Origin: Clostridia bacterium
GTDB taxonomy: Bacteria > Bacillota > Clostridia > UBA1212 > DUPL01
Length of the DNA stretch: 64,000 bases
Direction: 5' to 3'
NCBI GenBank assembly: GCA_050951325.1
Contig: JBMNIW010000003.1
Span: 128,001-192,000, forward strand
Below the pieces are notes generated by a model that saw nothing but the letters and a program-made list of their open reading frames with translations, was not told where the DNA came from and did not search any database. Below are positions 61,485 to 64,000 of the stretch, one piece after another; positions within the stretch are counted from its first letter, which is position 1; each line of letters opens with the position of its first letter. A program made the translations under genes and the position numbers.

Positions 61485-62876
61485 ATGCTTTTTTCCAGTA
61501 TAGACTTTATATATTATTTCCTAGCTATACTCATTGTAGTATACTTTGTCACTCCGAATAAATTCAGAAACCTGTTACTGCTTTTGGCAAGTCTGATATT
61601 CTACTGGTATGGAGAGCCATTTTACACCCTAATCATGCTCTTTTCTGCCTTGTCTGCCTATATACACGGTCTCCTTATACATAAATACAATAAAAAAGTA
61701 TTCCTGTTTACAGGGGTAACTATAAATTTCTCCCTTTTGCTATTCTTTAAATACACCGACTTTTTCATACAAAATATTAACAACTTTCTAAAAGCGGATA
61801 TAAAGTTATTAAAGCTTGCACTGCCTTTGGGAATAAGCTTTTACACCTTCCAAACTGTAAGCTACATGATTGACGTATACAGAAAAGATACAATCGCACA
61901 GAAAAACCCCATAAAGCTTTTCCTTTATGTGACCTTCTTCCCCCAACTTATAGCAGGCCCCATAGTCCGCTATACCGACATAGAAAAGGAGCTGTCATAC
62001 AGAACGCATTCCCTGTCGATGATATCAAAAGGTATCACAAGGTTTGTAATAGGACTGGGAAAGAAAATACTTATCGCCAATGTGTTGGGAGAACTTTGTG
62101 GGATTTTTAGAAAGTCAGATGAAAAATCCATACTCTTTTACTGGATATTTGCCTTCAGCTACATGCTGCAGATATACTTCGACTTTTCAGGTTACAGCGA
62201 CATGGCAATCGGACTTGGGCACATGTTTGGTTTTAATTTCCCGGAAAACTTCAACTATCCTTTCATGTCAAAAACCATAACCGAGTTCTGGCGCAGATGG
62301 CACATGACCCTGGGCACCTGGTTCAGAGACTATGTTTACATTCCACTGGGAGGAAACAGGGTAAGCAAGGCAAAATGGATAAGAAACATAGCAATTGTAT
62401 GGTTCTTGACAGGATTCTGGCATGGAGCTGGCTGGAACTTCATTCTTTGGGGTGTATTCTTTGCAGTGCTGCTTGTTCTGGAAAAGCTTTTTATCTTAAG
62501 GCTTCTTGAAAAGCTGCCTGGTATTGTTTCAAGAATATACGTAATCATCCTGCTCGCAACAAGCTTTGTCATTTTCAACGGCGATACAAAAGACCTTTTG
62601 ACAGGAGATTTAAAAGGGATGTTTGGCATCTCCCAAATTCCCCTGTACAATACCACAACACTGTACTATCTAAGAAGCTATTTGGTTCTATTGATAATTG
62701 CTGCTATATCATCTACACACTTGATGAAAACACTTGTTTCAAGGTTGAAAGACAGACACAATGCAAGGCTTGTATTAAATATTATTGAACCTGTATTTGT
62801 CCTGGTGTTAATGATTGCAATAACAGCATATCTGGTGGATGGTTCCTTCAATCCGTTCTTGTACTTTAGATTCTAA
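61485..62876 (+). CDS. MBOAT family O-acyltransferase (AlgI/PatA/DltB-like)
   Basis: PLGISFYTFQ, FFPQLIAGPI, DFSGYSDMA, FWRRWH, GFWHG. Confidence 0.93.
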   Translation: MLFSSIDFIYYFLAILIVVYFVTPNKFRNLLLLLASLIFYWYGEPFYTLIMLFSALSAYIHGLLIHKYNKKVFLFTGVTINFSLLLFFKYTDFFIQNINNFLKADIKLLKLALPLGISFYTFQTVSYMIDVYRKDTIAQKNPIKLFLYVTFFPQLIAGPIVRYTDIEKELSYRTHSLSMISKGITRFVIGLGKKILIANVLGELCGIFRKSDEKSILFYWIFAFSYMLQIYFDFSGYSDMAIGLGHMFGFNFPENFNYPFMSKTITEFWRRWHMTLGTWFRDYVYIPLGGNRVSKAKWIRNIAIVWFLTGFWHGAGWNFILWGVFFAVLLVLEKLFILRLLEKLPGIVSRIYVIILLATSFVIFNGDTKDLLTGDLKGMFGISQIPLYNTTTLYYLRSYLVLLIIAAISSTHLMKTLVSRLKDRHNARLVLNIIEPVFVLVLMIAITAYLVDGSFNPFLYFRF

Positions 62877-62886
62877 GGAGGACACT

Positions 62887-63987
62887 ATGAACGACAGAAC
62901 GAAAAATGTAATCAACATATTTCTTTTTACTGCATTGCTGATTGGAACTTTGATTGCAAATATTATAAAAAAACCGGATGAGGTTTCAGTAAGTGAAAGA
63001 AGAAAACTTGCCCGGTTTCCAAAAGCAAGTTTGGCAAGTATTCTTAATGGTGATTTTGCAAACGGGTTTTCCAAATATGTAAGGGACCAGTTTGTCCTCA
63101 GAGATGAATTCAGAAGTGTTAAAGCCTTTGTCCATTTCAATATATACAGGCAAAAGGACAACAACAATATCTATATTGCTGATGGCAGTGTAATAAAAAT
63201 AGATTATCCACTGAATGAAAAATCAGTCCAAAACGCAGCGAAGAAATTTAACACACTATATGAAAAATACTTTGAAGGCATGAATGTCTGGTATTCCATA
63301 ATACCCGACAAAAACTACTATACCGCGGAAAAATACGGATATCCCCATATAGACTACAACAAAATGATTCAGATCTTGACCAGCAGTGTAAACAACATGA
63401 TATATATAGACATAACAAACGCCCTATCCATAGAAGACTATTACAAAACCGACCTGCATTGGAAACAGGAAAACCTGGGCAATGTTATTGATGTTTTATC
63501 AAAAGAAATGAATTTTCAAACAAAGATTAACCTTGATAATTATACGAAAAATGTAAAGGAACCATTCTATGGCGTATATTACGGGCAATCTGCCTTGAAT
63601 ATAAAGCCGGACAGGATGATTTACCTTACCAACGAAGCCATGAAAGACATAACTGTATTCTACTTTGATACAAACGAGTTTGGTGAAATATATCAGAAAG
63701 AAAAATTCAGCGGCATCGACCCGTATAATCTTTTTCTCTCAGGCCCTGCCGCTGTAATAGTCATGGAAAACAAAAATGCAAAAAATGACAAGGAACTTGT
63801 TCTGTTCAGAGATTCTTTCGGAAGCAGTCTTGCTCCGCTCCTTACCGAGGAATATGCCAAAATAACGCTGGTCGACTTGAGATACATCGACTCAAACTAT
63901 CTCGGCAAGGTCGTGGAATTTACCAATCAGGACATACTGATTATGCTGAACACTCAAACCATCAACAACAGCTACATGCTTCGCTAA
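62887..63987 (+). CDS. DHHW-family (AlgJ/SGNH-like) putative O-acetyltransferase partner
   Basis: N-terminal TM, ERRKLA, YYKTDLHW, RDSFG, VDLRY; follows the MBOAT gene. Confidence 0.82.
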   Translation: MNDRTKNVINIFLFTALLIGTLIANIIKKPDEVSVSERRKLARFPKASLASILNGDFANGFSKYVRDQFVLRDEFRSVKAFVHFNIYRQKDNNNIYIADGSVIKIDYPLNEKSVQNAAKKFNTLYEKYFEGMNVWYSIIPDKNYYTAEKYGYPHIDYNKMIQILTSSVNNMIYIDITNALSIEDYYKTDLHWKQENLGNVIDVLSKEMNFQTKINLDNYTKNVKEPFYGVYYGQSALNIKPDRMIYLTNEAMKDITVFYFDTNEFGEIYQKEKFSGIDPYNLFLSGPAAVIVMENKNAKNDKELVLFRDSFGSSLAPLLTEEYAKITLVDLRYIDSNYLGKVVEFTNQDILIMLNTQTINNSYMLR

Positions 63988-64000
63988 TCAGTCTGTATTG

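Overview
A mostly minus-strand housekeeping region from a low-GC Firmicute (Clostridia-like). It contains a trpS-uvrB-uvrA-clp-argJ run preceded by a LexA box, a BMP-family nucleoside ABC transporter, a divergent type IIA topoisomerase pair, an aldolase/SDR fusion, the radical SAM-rng cluster, mtaB-ireB-ruvX, a DeoR-linked 2-oxoacid dehydrogenase operon (E2, E3, fused E1), hprK-murB-rapZ-ppaC, a two-component system, a CotH-family gene and a stand-alone TrpB2 under a Trp T-box. The most unusual part is 57.0-60.8 kb. There an IS1202-like element (26-27 bp target duplication, split transposase, about 400 nt structured non-coding 3' region) has a Cys-rich IS30-family element inserted flush against its left end; that element has a 13-bp target duplication and 8 subterminal 12-mer repeats. 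A lipoprotein-MBOAT-DHHW O-acylation cluster ends the window. All calls come from reading motifs by eye; no database searches were run.
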